Below, piece by piece: positions 51,993 through 61,629 of a stretch of DNA of 64,000 bases. The position numbers were made by a program, and so were the translations under genes. The notes under the pieces are model-generated. The model was not told the origin of the DNA, did no database searches, and saw nothing but the letters and a program-made list of their open reading frames with translations. Source of the DNA: Halarcobacter sp. (lineage in GTDB: Bacteria > Campylobacterota > Campylobacteria > Campylobacterales > Arcobacteraceae); contig CP182352.1 of assembly GCA_048571215.1 (NCBI GenBank), forward strand, positions 1,344,001 through 1,408,000. The letters are read 5' to 3'. How positions within the stretch are numbered: the first letter of the stretch is position 1; the number at the start of each line of letters is the position of its first letter.

Positions 51993-52105
51993 ATTAATCT
52001 CCTTTTATATTTTAAGATATAATGATATATTACATAATTTATATTAACTGACAATAAGAAAGTTATAGTAGATTTATATTTAAGAAATAAATCACTTTAT
52101 ATAAA

Positions 52106-52693
52106 CTATTTTAATAATTTAACTAAAGGTTCTAATGACTTTTTCTTCTCTTCTTCAGTCATTGAACCATCTAAAGCTCCTGCCTTTACGCTACCTTCAT
52201 AGATTTTTGATACCATCCCCTCTTTTGTAAGTAAATATGCAAAAAACTTTGTTTTTGTTGTATCACTTAAGTTTAAGGTATTAACCATTTGAGCATCATC
52301 ATCGTAAATCATAGGGATATTTGTTCCCTTATTTAGTTCTTCTAGCTTTGAAGGTATAAACATCTTTTTTACAAACCAAGGTGCACTTGAAATATTTGCA
52401 ACCATAACGTAATTTTGTGAAATTTTAAATAATTTAGGTAAATCTTTTACAACTGAAAGTGAATCATGATTTCCTACAACTATTAAGGTTTCAACTCCTC
52501 TTTTAAATATCTTTTTTTTAGATACATCTTTATCAATGCCAACCAATTCATATATATCTGGCAACTTTTCATATTTTATCAAATTTACAACATTGTCATT
52601 AGCAACAATTTGCTTAGGTTTTTCAGCTGTAAAAAAAACTAATAATCCAAACGCAACCAGACCTAAAACTACAACTTTTATTAGATTTAACAT
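52106..52693 (-). CDS. Membrane-anchored hypothetical protein, possibly thioredoxin-like fold without CxxC
   Basis: AAGGAG RBS, N-terminal TM, VANISSAPWFVKKMFIP. Confidence 0.6.
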   Translation of the reverse strand: MLNLIKVVVLGLVAFGLLVFFTAEKPKQIVANDNVVNLIKYEKLPDIYELVGIDKDVSKKKIFKRGVETLIVVGNHDSLSVVKDLPKLFKISQNYVMVANISSAPWFVKKMFIPSKLEELNKGTNIPMIYDDDAQMVNTLNLSDTTKTKFFAYLLTKEGMVSKIYEGSVKAGALDGSMTEEEKKKSLEPLVKLLK

Positions 52694-52830
52694 TTTGTAA
52701 ACTCCTTAGAAAATAAGTATATCACTAAAAGGTTAATTGCAAATTAATATATTATTTTACAATTTTATTTTCCCAAGACATTAAACTTTTTTTAAGATTT
52801 AATATATTATTATTTCGGTCTTAATTTAAC

Positions 52831-52907
52831 GCTGGTGTAGCTCAGTTGGCTAGAGCAGCTGATTTGTAATCAGCAGGTCGGGGGTTCAACTCCCTTCACC
52901 AGCTCCA
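52831..52907 (+). tRNA. tRNA-Thr (anticodon TGT)
   Basis: GCTGGTG/CACCAGC acceptor stem, GCTGA-TTTGTAA-TCAGC, GTTCAACTC, encoded CCA. Confidence 0.95.
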
Positions 52908-52991
52908 CATTAATTTATCACTTTTGTACAAAATACTTATTATTTTATTAAAACTTAGTTATAATGGTATCTTTTAATAGGAAATAAATTT

Positions 52992-54932
52992 ATGAACTTA
53001 TATAACAACGAAAAATATATTTTAAATATTATTAAATTTGGACCAATTCTATTAGTAATTATACTATCTTTTTTTATCACACAATTTTTTTTACAAAATA
53101 GATATAAAAATTTTCAAAATGAAATTAAAATTACTGAAAAAGCGTATCTGGAGAAAAACAAAGAAAGAGTTAGAGAAGAAGTTCTTAGAGTTTATAATTA
53201 TATTAATACTCAAAAAGAGCAATCAAAAGATAAATTACTTGAAGAAATAAAGTCAAAGGTTTATGAAGCTCATAAAATAGCTACAAATATCTATAATGAA
53301 GAGAAAAATAACAATAACCATCCATTTGATAAGGAACACACCTTTAGAAATATAAAATCAATTCTTAGCTCTATAAGATTTAATAATGGCAGGGGTTATA
53401 TCTTTATGGATGATATAAATGGAACAAAACTTATACAACCAACAAATAAAAGTTTTGAAGGTAAAAATTTTTTAAATTACAAAGATGCCAAAGGTTATAA
53501 ATTTGTAAAAAAAATTGTTGAAACTATAAAGAAAAAAGGGGAAGATTTTGACTCCTATTATTGGTATAAGGGAAATAATCAAAAAAAAGCATATAAGAAA
53601 ATAAGTTTTTATAAATATTTTGCACCATACCAGGCAGCAATTGGTGCAGGTGAATATGTTGAAGACTTTAATCTAGAACTAAAAAAACAAATATTAAAAA
53701 ATATAAGAGAGATTAGATATGGAGAAAATGGATATATTTTTGTTTATAATTCAAAAGGTCTAACCTTAACTACATATAGAAAAGATTTTATTGATAAAAA
53801 TAGATTAAACGATACAAATAACACTGGTAAATATTTTATTAAAGATATTATTAGTTTTGCAAAGAACCATAAAAATGGTGGTTTTCTTGATTATATATCT
53901 GCAACCAATCCAAATGGTACGCTATCTAGTACAAGAAAAATTTCATACCTTATATATCTTGAAGATTGGGATTGGATAATTGGTAGTGGGTTTTACCTTG
54001 ATGCTTTACACAAAGATATAGAAGAGAAAAAAACTATACTTGAGAAATCTACAAAAGAGGCTATTAAAGATATCACTTATATAAGTGTTATTATAACAAT
54101 AATTTTCATTTTAATATCTACTTTTATGTCAAAACTAATCTCAAATAAATTTATAAAATATAGACAAACCATAGAAAAAGAGATAGCTGATAAAATAGAA
54201 AAAGAGAAACTTCTACTCCAACAATCAAAAATGGCAACAATGGGAGAAATGATAGCTAATATTGCTCATCAATGGAAACAACCATTGAGTATAATTAGCG
54301 CCTCAAATAGTATGTTAAAACTTCAAAAGGAGATGAATAATAAAATAAGTGAAGAAAACCTAACAGATGCAATTGAAGCAATTGATGTATCTGTAAACAA
54401 TCTTTCAAATACTATTGATGATTTTAGAAACTTTTTTAACCCAAATAAACTTAGTGAATATTTTAGTATAAAAAAAGCTTTTGATAAAACTTTTAGACTC
54501 ATAAATACCCATCTTAAAAATTATGATGTTAAGATTATAACTGATATTGATGATATAGAGATAAATAGCCTACAAAATGAACTTTTACAAATCCTAATCA
54601 ATATAATAAAAAATGCAAAAGATGAATTAGTTATAAAAAAAGAGTTAAAAGAGAGATTGATACTTATTAGTGCAAAACAAAAAGATTCTTTTCTTATTAT
54701 CTCCATTAAGGATAATGCAGGTGGAGTACCTGAAGAGATAATTGACAAAATCTTTGATTCTTATTTTACAACTAAAAAAGATAGAGATGGTACAGGTATT
54801 GGTTTATATATGTCTAAGCAGATTATCAATAATCTAAAAGGTACCATAGAGGTACAAAATAGTAAATTTAAATATAAAGATACAAACTATAAAGGTGCAG
54901 AGTTTATAATAAAATTGCCTATTACGAAATAA
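52992..54932 (+). CDS. Sensor histidine kinase with two Cache domains
   Basis: GYIF..D..G Cache repeats, IAHQWKQP H-box, NIIKNAKD, DNAGG, YFTTK, GTGIGLY. Confidence 0.9.
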   Translation: MNLYNNEKYILNIIKFGPILLVIILSFFITQFFLQNRYKNFQNEIKITEKAYLEKNKERVREEVLRVYNYINTQKEQSKDKLLEEIKSKVYEAHKIATNIYNEEKNNNNHPFDKEHTFRNIKSILSSIRFNNGRGYIFMDDINGTKLIQPTNKSFEGKNFLNYKDAKGYKFVKKIVETIKKKGEDFDSYYWYKGNNQKKAYKKISFYKYFAPYQAAIGAGEYVEDFNLELKKQILKNIREIRYGENGYIFVYNSKGLTLTTYRKDFIDKNRLNDTNNTGKYFIKDIISFAKNHKNGGFLDYISATNPNGTLSSTRKISYLIYLEDWDWIIGSGFYLDALHKDIEEKKTILEKSTKEAIKDITYISVIITIIFILISTFMSKLISNKFIKYRQTIEKEIADKIEKEKLLLQQSKMATMGEMIANIAHQWKQPLSIISASNSMLKLQKEMNNKISEENLTDAIEAIDVSVNNLSNTIDDFRNFFNPNKLSEYFSIKKAFDKTFRLINTHLKNYDVKIITDIDDIEINSLQNELLQILINIIKNAKDELVIKKELKERLILISAKQKDSFLIISIKDNAGGVPEEIIDKIFDSYFTTKKDRDGTGIGLYMSKQIINNLKGTIEVQNSKFKYKDTNYKGAEFIIKLPITK

Positions 54933-56361
54933 CTATTTTATTTTTGCCACTATTTTTTGCTTTATACATACTCTCATCAGCTCTTTGCATTAACTCTTCA
55001 AAGTTATCATCTTTATTAAAAAGAGTAATTCCAATACTTAGAGTTACCTCTTTTGAAACAAAGTTATTAATTTTAGAGTCAGTATAGATGCTATTTTTAA
55101 TATTTTCTAAGACTTTTGAAGCATTTTCTAAATCACTGTTAGTTACAGCTATTACAAACTCTTCTCCACCCCATCTAGCTACTAAATCAGATTTTCTAAT
55201 TGAACTTTTCATAATTGCACTGATTCTTTCTAAAACTTTATCTCCAACACTATGTCCATAGGTATCATTTATATTTTTAAAATTATCAATATCAACAAAA
55301 GCCAAACAAATTTTTTGTTTATTTCTCTTACTCAATAAAAGAGTAAACTCTAGTCTCTTTTTAAAAGTCCGTCTATTCATTATCTTTGTCAATTGATCAT
55401 AATCTGCCAAAAATTCTAATTTTTTATTATACTTTTGTATTATATAAATAATAATACCTGTAATAATTAAAGCAATAACTATAGATATAAAAAGATTTAT
55501 AAGATATGCATGTCTAACATCTTTGATAAAATCACTTAATTTTGCATCAACCAATAGATATAAATTCAACTCAGATATATACTTTGTATTGATTAAATAA
55601 GTTTCATTATTTTTCTTAATCTCAAAAAAATTAGAAAATTTTGACAAAACTTTATTTTTATAGTTTGATAAATATGGTAGTTGTGATATATTTGTTATAT
55701 CTTTATTTTTTGACTTAGATAATACTATATTACCATCTTCATTAAAAAAAATAACATTGAATTTATATTTTTCTTTAAACATCTCTAACAAATCATCAAT
55801 ATATGAGATTTTAATTCCTACACCAGTTGCACCTAAATACTTATAATCTCTATCAAAAATTTTATAATTTATAAACATTATCATAGAGTTTGCTAAATTT
55901 TTATTGTAATCTAAATTTATTTCATCTTTTGATGCACTCTGTTTAAACTTAAAATACCAGTTATTATTAATATTTCCCTTTTTAACTTTTTCTATAAAAC
56001 CATCTTGCGTATAATAGTTTTTTGTCCTATCTGATACTAAAAAAGTTGTAAACATTTCATATTTATTTTTAATAACACTTAGATATTGTTTAATCTTGTG
56101 TTCATTTTTTTCATTATTGATTAACCAATCCTGAACAAAAGTGTCATTAGCCATCATTGAAGATACTAAATATGGTTGTATAATATGTTTTTGAATTTCA
56201 GTATATACATTATCTAAAGATAGAGGTAAAGCTTGATTTCTTAGTTGTTCCTGAGCACTGTTTTTTGATACAAGATAATTTATAGTAGTTGTAATTGTTG
56301 ATAAAATTATTAATAGCAAAGCTATTACAATTACAACACTATATTTAGAACTATTTTTCAT
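54922..56361 (-). CDS. Membrane diguanylate cyclase with a dCache-like sensor
   Basis: Two TM segments, MANDTF..DW, FINYK, RKSD I-site, RWGGEEF. Confidence 0.88.
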   Translation of the reverse strand: MKNSSKYSVVIVIALLLIILSTITTTINYLVSKNSAQEQLRNQALPLSLDNVYTEIQKHIIQPYLVSSMMANDTFVQDWLINNEKNEHKIKQYLSVIKNKYEMFTTFLVSDRTKNYYTQDGFIEKVKKGNINNNWYFKFKQSASKDEINLDYNKNLANSMIMFINYKIFDRDYKYLGATGVGIKISYIDDLLEMFKEKYKFNVIFFNEDGNIVLSKSKNKDITNISQLPYLSNYKNKVLSKFSNFFEIKKNNETYLINTKYISELNLYLLVDAKLSDFIKDVRHAYLINLFISIVIALIITGIIIYIIQKYNKKLEFLADYDQLTKIMNRRTFKKRLEFTLLLSKRNKQKICLAFVDIDNFKNINDTYGHSVGDKVLERISAIMKSSIRKSDLVARWGGEEFVIAVTNSDLENASKVLENIKNSIYTDSKINNFVSKEVTLSIGITLFNKDDNFEELMQRADESMYKAKNSGKNKIVIS

Positions 56362-56375
56362 ATAGTTTCATTATC

Positions 56376-56543
56376 TTATTCTGTAGCCTCATGAATAGCT
56401 TCTTTTGTTGATTCATAAGCTTTTGAAGTGCCTTCTTTTGTTGCATCCCAAGCATCAGATGAGTCTTTTTTCATCCCTTTCCAAGTTGCACAACCAGAAA
56501 ACATAGCTAACAACAAAATAAATAAAATTAAACTTCTTTTCAT
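56376..56543 (-). CDS. 55-aa entericidin-like lipoprotein (not in the ORF track)
   Basis: AAGGA RBS; MKRSLILFILLLAMFSGC-ATWKGMKKDSSDAWDATKEGTSKAYESTKEAIHEATE; lipobox FSGC, 11-residue amphipathic repeats. Confidence 0.75.
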   Translation of the reverse strand: MKRSLILFILLLAMFSGCATWKGMKKDSSDAWDATKEGTSKAYESTKEAIHEATE

Positions 56544-56685
56544 ATAATATCCTTAAAATATTTATATTATTAATATAACAATTTGAGATAATACTATAAA
56601 TAACTTGATAATTAAATTAACATAATCTCTAACAATTAAAACAAAGATTAGAAATCAGAAAAAACTTAACATACATCTATTTCTT

Positions 56686-58038
56686 TTATTTATTATTTGA
56701 TTTTTCTTTATCCATTCCCATTAATAGATGTAACCAACTAAGATTTCCAAAAATTCCTGCAAGTTCATAAGTTACTATTTCTAGATAATTTTTATTTTCA
56801 TATAAATTCAAAACTTTTTTTTGAAAATCATTTGGCTGAATAGTTGTAGCATCTACCCAAAACTTTGTATCTTTTCTATTAGATTTAATATAATGTATCT
56901 CAATAAAGTTTTTAACTGAAATTATATATTCATAAATAGATTGGTTGTATTTTGGAATATAGTTTTTATAAAAATTGGGATTTGTTTCTAATATCTTTGA
57001 TAACTCCATAATTTGTATTTGAAAAAGTGCAATACCTGTTGATTCTATAGGTTCAATAAAAAATGATGATAACCCTATTGCAATATTATTGCCAATCCAA
57101 GAGTTCCTATGCACTCCAGTTCTATATTTTAAAAACTGAAAATTGTCATTTTTCAAATCATAGAAATATCTATTTTCTAAATATTTAATGAATTCAATTT
57201 GGGCATCTTGTTTACTTGTATGTTTAGAAGAATAAACATAACCAAAGCCTATTTTCTCTTCCAGAGGAACATGCCAAACCCAACCATATTTTAAAGCTTT
57301 TGCTAATGTTGCATTTATTTTTTGTTCTTTTTTATCTTTATAATCTAATTTAATAGCAACTGCCCTATCACAAAATAATCTATTTGAAAATGTTTCAAAC
57401 TTACTTTTTAAATTTTTAAAAAGTAAGTTTTTGAAACCTGTACAGTCAATAAAAAGTTCTGCTTCAATACAAGAATTATCCTCTAAAATCAAAGATTTAG
57501 TGATTTGTTCTTCTTGTATTATATTTTTTACTGACTGTTCAAGATAAGTTACACCTCTTTTAATTGCAATATTTTTCAATTCTTTAGAATATAATAATGC
57601 ATCAAGATGAAAGGCACCCAATTCTAAATTATAATTACCAATATCACTATATTTTGTATTTCTTAATTTTTGAGCAAAAAAATATTTATCACTAAAAGTT
57701 AAATTATCCATTTGTGTATTTCTTAAACTCATAAATTGTTCATATTCTTTATTACTAGAAAGAGGATGTACCCACTTTGAACTATTTATTTCCATGAAAC
57801 TCTCAAACTCCAAAGTATATTTTAATGTGCCATTTACCTTTTTTAACCAAGCATTATCATCAAATAAAGAAAAAGTTTTATGAAATTGACGAATTAGAGG
57901 TAGAGTACTTTCACCTACCCCAATACGTTGATCATCTTTTGGATTTATCAATGTAATATTTAAATTATTGTTTTTAGATAAAGCAGCTGCACAAGACCAA
58001 CCTGCAGTTCCCCCTCCAACTATTACTATATCAATCAT
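56686..58038 (-). CDS. Flavin-dependent halogenase (tryptophan halogenase family)
   Basis: GGGTAG, IGVGEST, GTLK (catalytic Lys position), FHLDA, FIDCTGF, GWVWHVP (WxWxIP), FFIEPIESTG, HY..S.R.DT.FW. Confidence 0.88.
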   Translation of the reverse strand: MIDIVIVGGGTAGWSCAAALSKNNNLNITLINPKDDQRIGVGESTLPLIRQFHKTFSLFDDNAWLKKVNGTLKYTLEFESFMEINSSKWVHPLSSNKEYEQFMSLRNTQMDNLTFSDKYFFAQKLRNTKYSDIGNYNLELGAFHLDALLYSKELKNIAIKRGVTYLEQSVKNIIQEEQITKSLILEDNSCIEAELFIDCTGFKNLLFKNLKSKFETFSNRLFCDRAVAIKLDYKDKKEQKINATLAKALKYGWVWHVPLEEKIGFGYVYSSKHTSKQDAQIEFIKYLENRYFYDLKNDNFQFLKYRTGVHRNSWIGNNIAIGLSSFFIEPIESTGIALFQIQIMELSKILETNPNFYKNYIPKYNQSIYEYIISVKNFIEIHYIKSNRKDTKFWVDATTIQPNDFQKKVLNLYENKNYLEIVTYELAGIFGNLSWLHLLMGMDKEKSNNK

Positions 58039-58418
58039 AGATATTTTCTAATTTCATTGATTTTTTTTCTTGTATCTTCTCTTTTTAGTTTTATATTAGG
58101 AGGAATCTCTTTCCCAGTTTCCATTTGTCTTATTACCATCCAGTCTGTATTTCTTAAATAAGATTCTAAAGATTGAATAATTTGATTTGCTTCAATTTTT
58201 TCTTTTTGAGTAAATAAAGTATTTAAATAAGCATCTATTTCATCCATTTGTAGATGTGTAAGTAGAAATTTTCTACCATCTAATATATAAAACTTTTCTT
58301 TTGTAGTATAAAATAGGTGATTATAATCAAAGGATAAATAAGGTTTTGTTTGACTTTTTAATCTATTAGAATCTATTTTAGCACTAGCTAAATTATTAGT
58401 GTAAATCAACTCTTTCAT
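58035..58418 (-). CDS. Hypothetical protein with a phage tail-assembly-chaperone-like C-terminus
   Basis: YLRNTDWMVIRQMETGKEIP..IKLKREDTR resembles tail-fibre accessory proteins; ATGA overlap with the halogenase. Confidence 0.6.
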   Translation of the reverse strand: MKELIYTNNLASAKIDSNRLKSQTKPYLSFDYNHLFYTTKEKFYILDGRKFLLTHLQMDEIDAYLNTLFTQKEKIEANQIIQSLESYLRNTDWMVIRQMETGKEIPPNIKLKREDTRKKINEIRKYL

Positions 58419-58456
58419 TAAAAACCTTTTCTAACTTGAATTATAAAATCAATTAT

Positions 58457-60472
58457 TTATATAGTTATCTCTTTTATATCAGCAATATTTTTAAAAGCTT
58501 GGTATACTAGTCCTATTAAATTTTTTCTATTATTTTTAATATTTTCATCTTTGTGGTTGACAAAAACATTATCAAAAAAGTTATCTAACTCATGCTTTAA
58601 TCCAAAAAGTGCATCTAGTTGCTCTTCATATGAACTATACCCAATATTAACTACATCAGAGTATTTTTTAAATAAAACTTTTTCTTCCTCATCTTCAAAT
58701 AAAGATTCTTCAACAGTTAATATAGAATCTGTATCTATATCTTTTATAATATTTGCTACTCTTTTAAATGTTGCTGAATATTCCTTAAAATTGTCACTTA
58801 ATACTATTGGGTTTAAAGCACACAATTTTTGAGAAATCTCATAAAGATTTGTATCTTTACTTCCTAAAACTGCTTTTATAACTGAAGGATTTGCATCAAA
58901 GATTTTAAATAATCTTTCATTAAAAAATTCCACTAGCTTATTTTTTTGTAAACCTTTATACTCACTAGCTAAATTATCAATAATATTATCTAAGTCAATA
59001 GGAAGTTTATGTTCCATAGTAATTTTTACAATTCCTGCAGCAGCACGTCTTAAACCAAAAGGATCTTTTGAACCACTAGGTATTTTACCAACACTAAATA
59101 ATGCCATAAGATTATCTAATTTATATGATAAAGCTACCAATGATGAAAATTTATTTGATGGCAGTTCTGAATCTTCTCCATCGGGTAAGTATTGCTCTTT
59201 TATGGCTGTATAAACTTTTTCATCTTCACCAGCAATTTTTGCATAATAGTATCCCATAAGCCCTTGAAGCTCTGTAAACTCATAAACCATCTCAGACATA
59301 AGGTCGGCTTTACTTAACATTACAGCTCTTGCAATTAGTTCTTTCTGCTTTATACCAAAAGTATCAGCTAAAAAGTTAGCTATTTTAAGCTCCCTTTCGC
59401 ATTTATCATACATAGAACCAATACCTTCAACAAAAACAAGTTTTTTAAGACCTTCATTTGATAAACCATTTTTAATATCATTTTTATAAAAAAACATTCC
59501 ATCTGCAAGTCTTGGTCTTAATACCTTTTCATTTCCTGCAATTATTTTTGAAAAATCATCTGTTTTAGAGTTAGAAACTACAATAAAATGGTTTGTTAGT
59601 TTATCATCTTTATAAACTGCAAAATATCTTTGATGCTCTTTCATAGAAGTTACAATAACCTCTTCAGGAAGTTCTAAAAACTCTTCATCAAATTTTCCTA
59701 TTAGTGCAGTTGGATACTCAGTTATAGCAACAACTTCATCTAATAACTCTTCATCAATCTCAATTTTAACACCATTTGAAGACTCAATCTTTTTCATTTG
59801 TTCTAAAATTCTATTTTTTCTCTCATCAGGATATAAAATCACTCCACTTTTATCTAACTTACAAAAGTAATCTCCCGCAAAATCATAAGTAAAAGGTTCA
59901 TAAGAAACCATTCTATGTGCAAATGAGAAATTAGATGACTTTACACCAAAAAGTTCTGCATCTACAACTTGTTCACCTAACAAAACAGATAAACTTCTAA
60001 TAGGTCTAATAAAAGTATCAGTTCTACTAGCCCATCTCATTGATTTACCAAAATTAAGTGATGATATAAACTCATTTATCATATCATTTAATAAGTTTTT
60101 ACTCTCTTCACCCTTTACTTCTTTTTTGTAATAAAGAACTTCACCTCTACCTTGGTCTATTTTCTCTAATTGTGAAACTTCAACTCCACATTTTTTTGCA
60201 AATCCAAGGGCAGCACCAGTTGGTTCACCATCTTTAAATGCTATTTTAACTGGTGCTCCATACATCTCTTCAACAGAATCTTCTTGAGAAACTTGAAATT
60301 CTCTATGCCATAATACTAATCTTCTTGGTGTATAAAAAAAATCAAACTCACAAACTAATCTATTTTTCTCTAAAATATCAATCCATTTTTTTTCTATATT
60401 TGGTAACTCTTTTAAAAAGGGAATTGCTGGTAATTCTTCAACACCAATTTCAATCAATAATGGTTTATGCAT
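58457..60472 (-). CDS. glyS: Glycine-tRNA ligase beta subunit
   Basis: LLIEIGVEELPA, TPRRL, KSMRW, RPRLADG, KADL..MVYEFTELQG, GSKDPFGLRRAA. Confidence 0.96.
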   Translation of the reverse strand: MHKPLLIEIGVEELPAIPFLKELPNIEKKWIDILEKNRLVCEFDFFYTPRRLVLWHREFQVSQEDSVEEMYGAPVKIAFKDGEPTGAALGFAKKCGVEVSQLEKIDQGRGEVLYYKKEVKGEESKNLLNDMINEFISSLNFGKSMRWASRTDTFIRPIRSLSVLLGEQVVDAELFGVKSSNFSFAHRMVSYEPFTYDFAGDYFCKLDKSGVILYPDERKNRILEQMKKIESSNGVKIEIDEELLDEVVAITEYPTALIGKFDEEFLELPEEVIVTSMKEHQRYFAVYKDDKLTNHFIVVSNSKTDDFSKIIAGNEKVLRPRLADGMFFYKNDIKNGLSNEGLKKLVFVEGIGSMYDKCERELKIANFLADTFGIKQKELIARAVMLSKADLMSEMVYEFTELQGLMGYYYAKIAGEDEKVYTAIKEQYLPDGEDSELPSNKFSSLVALSYKLDNLMALFSVGKIPSGSKDPFGLRRAAAGIVKITMEHKLPIDLDNIIDNLASEYKGLQKNKLVEFFNERLFKIFDANPSVIKAVLGSKDTNLYEISQKLCALNPIVLSDNFKEYSATFKRVANIIKDIDTDSILTVEESLFEDEEEKVLFKKYSDVVNIGYSSYEEQLDALFGLKHELDNFFDNVFVNHKDENIKNNRKNLIGLVYQAFKNIADIKEITI

Positions 60473-60629
60473 CTATATCTTCCTTATTACTCTTCATCTG
60501 TTTTTTCTTTTCAATCTCATCCATTTTATCAATATGTTTTTGTATTTGTTGTTTATTAAAACCTTTAATAAACATAAAAATCATAAAAACAAAAAGAACT
60601 AACACTATTACATCTAATATTTCTTTCAT
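60465..60629 (-). CDS. 54-aa single-TM protein overlapping the glyS start (not in the ORF track)
   Basis: GGA RBS; MKEILDVIVLVLFVFMIFMFIKGFNKQQIQKHIDKMDEIEKKKQMKSNKEDIDA. Confidence 0.6.
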   Translation of the reverse strand: MKEILDVIVLVLFVFMIFMFIKGFNKQQIQKHIDKMDEIEKKKQMKSNKEDIDA

Positions 60630-60894
60630 TATTTATCCAATTTCTGTAAAAAGTAAGTATTTTACCTAAGATTTACTTATTTCTTAGTTAGTAAAAAAAT
60701 TTGAAAATATTGAAAAAAACTGAAAATATAATAAAAACAAGAAATATACAGATACTAACGAATAATTAACACTATATCTTTATAATTATTCATGTGAAAA
60801 AAGTAAGATTAATCTCCTCCTACTAAATTTTAATCTCACTTTTAAAACTAAAAATAGTTTTTTAGATCCACATATCTTTTTTTTATTAAAGCCA

Positions 60895-61566
60895 CTAGAA
60901 TAATAGTGGCTTTAATCTATATCCAATATTTTTTTGAGATTCTATTAAGTCTTTTCCTAATCTATTTCTTAAATTCCAAATATGATATCGAATAACATTA
61001 GATTTTGATTCACTATCACAAGGATATGTGTTTTTTTCCAATTCATAATTTGACACAAACTCACCTCTTCTTTTTATTAAGTAATCAAGAACAAATAGTG
61101 ATTGTATCTCCAAATGTACATCTTTTTGGTCTTTTAAAAGTTTTTTATCAAATAGATTATATTTTAAGTGTTCAGTTAGTATTATTGATTCGCAGTAGCT
61201 GTGATATGCCCTTTTAATTAGTACTTTTATTCTAATAATAAGTTCTTCTATATCTGTATTTTTATTTAGATAATCATCACAACCATTTTTAAATGATTCA
61301 ATTAAAGTATTAGGGATTGAGGATAAAACAAGTTTCATGGTTCTATCATTGTATTCTTTTAAGATTTTGAGAATGTTAAAACCATCAATCTCTGGTACAT
61401 TTAAATCTAAGATATAAAGGTCATAAACATTTTCAAAGGTTTTATTTAAAAACTCCTGACCGCTAGTGCAAGTATCAACTAGAAATTTTTCATCTTCGAG
61501 TAGATCTTTTATGCTCTCTTGATATAGTGTATCATCTTCTAAAAATAAAATTTTTGTCCCAATCAT
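60895..61566 (-). CDS. OmpR-family response regulator
   Basis: LEDD, LDLNVP, C-terminal winged helix IRYHIWNLRNRL..NIGYRL. Confidence 0.88.
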   Translation of the reverse strand: MIGTKILFLEDDTLYQESIKDLLEDEKFLVDTCTSGQEFLNKTFENVYDLYILDLNVPEIDGFNILKILKEYNDRTMKLVLSSIPNTLIESFKNGCDDYLNKNTDIEELIIRIKVLIKRAYHSYCESIILTEHLKYNLFDKKLLKDQKDVHLEIQSLFVLDYLIKRRGEFVSNYELEKNTYPCDSESKSNVIRYHIWNLRNRLGKDLIESQKNIGYRLKPLLF

Positions 61567-61590
61567 TTTTAGTCCATATTTTATATATAA

Positions 61591-61623
61591 TGAAAGATAA
61601 AAGAAAAACTCTTTTATCTTTCA
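61591..61623. terminator. Hairpin terminator after the cytochrome pair
   Basis: TGAAAGATAAAAGA-AAAAC-TCTTTTATCTTTCA. Confidence 0.6.
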
Positions 61624-61629
61624 AAAAAA

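Noticed and set aside
52010..52050. Fur/PerR box upstream of sodB
   Set aside because: Only a partial ATAATGATA match, not distinguishable from AT-rich background
52831..58456. Integrated element bounded by att repeats of tRNA-Thr
   Set aside because: No second copy of the tRNA 3' end and no integrase found by eye
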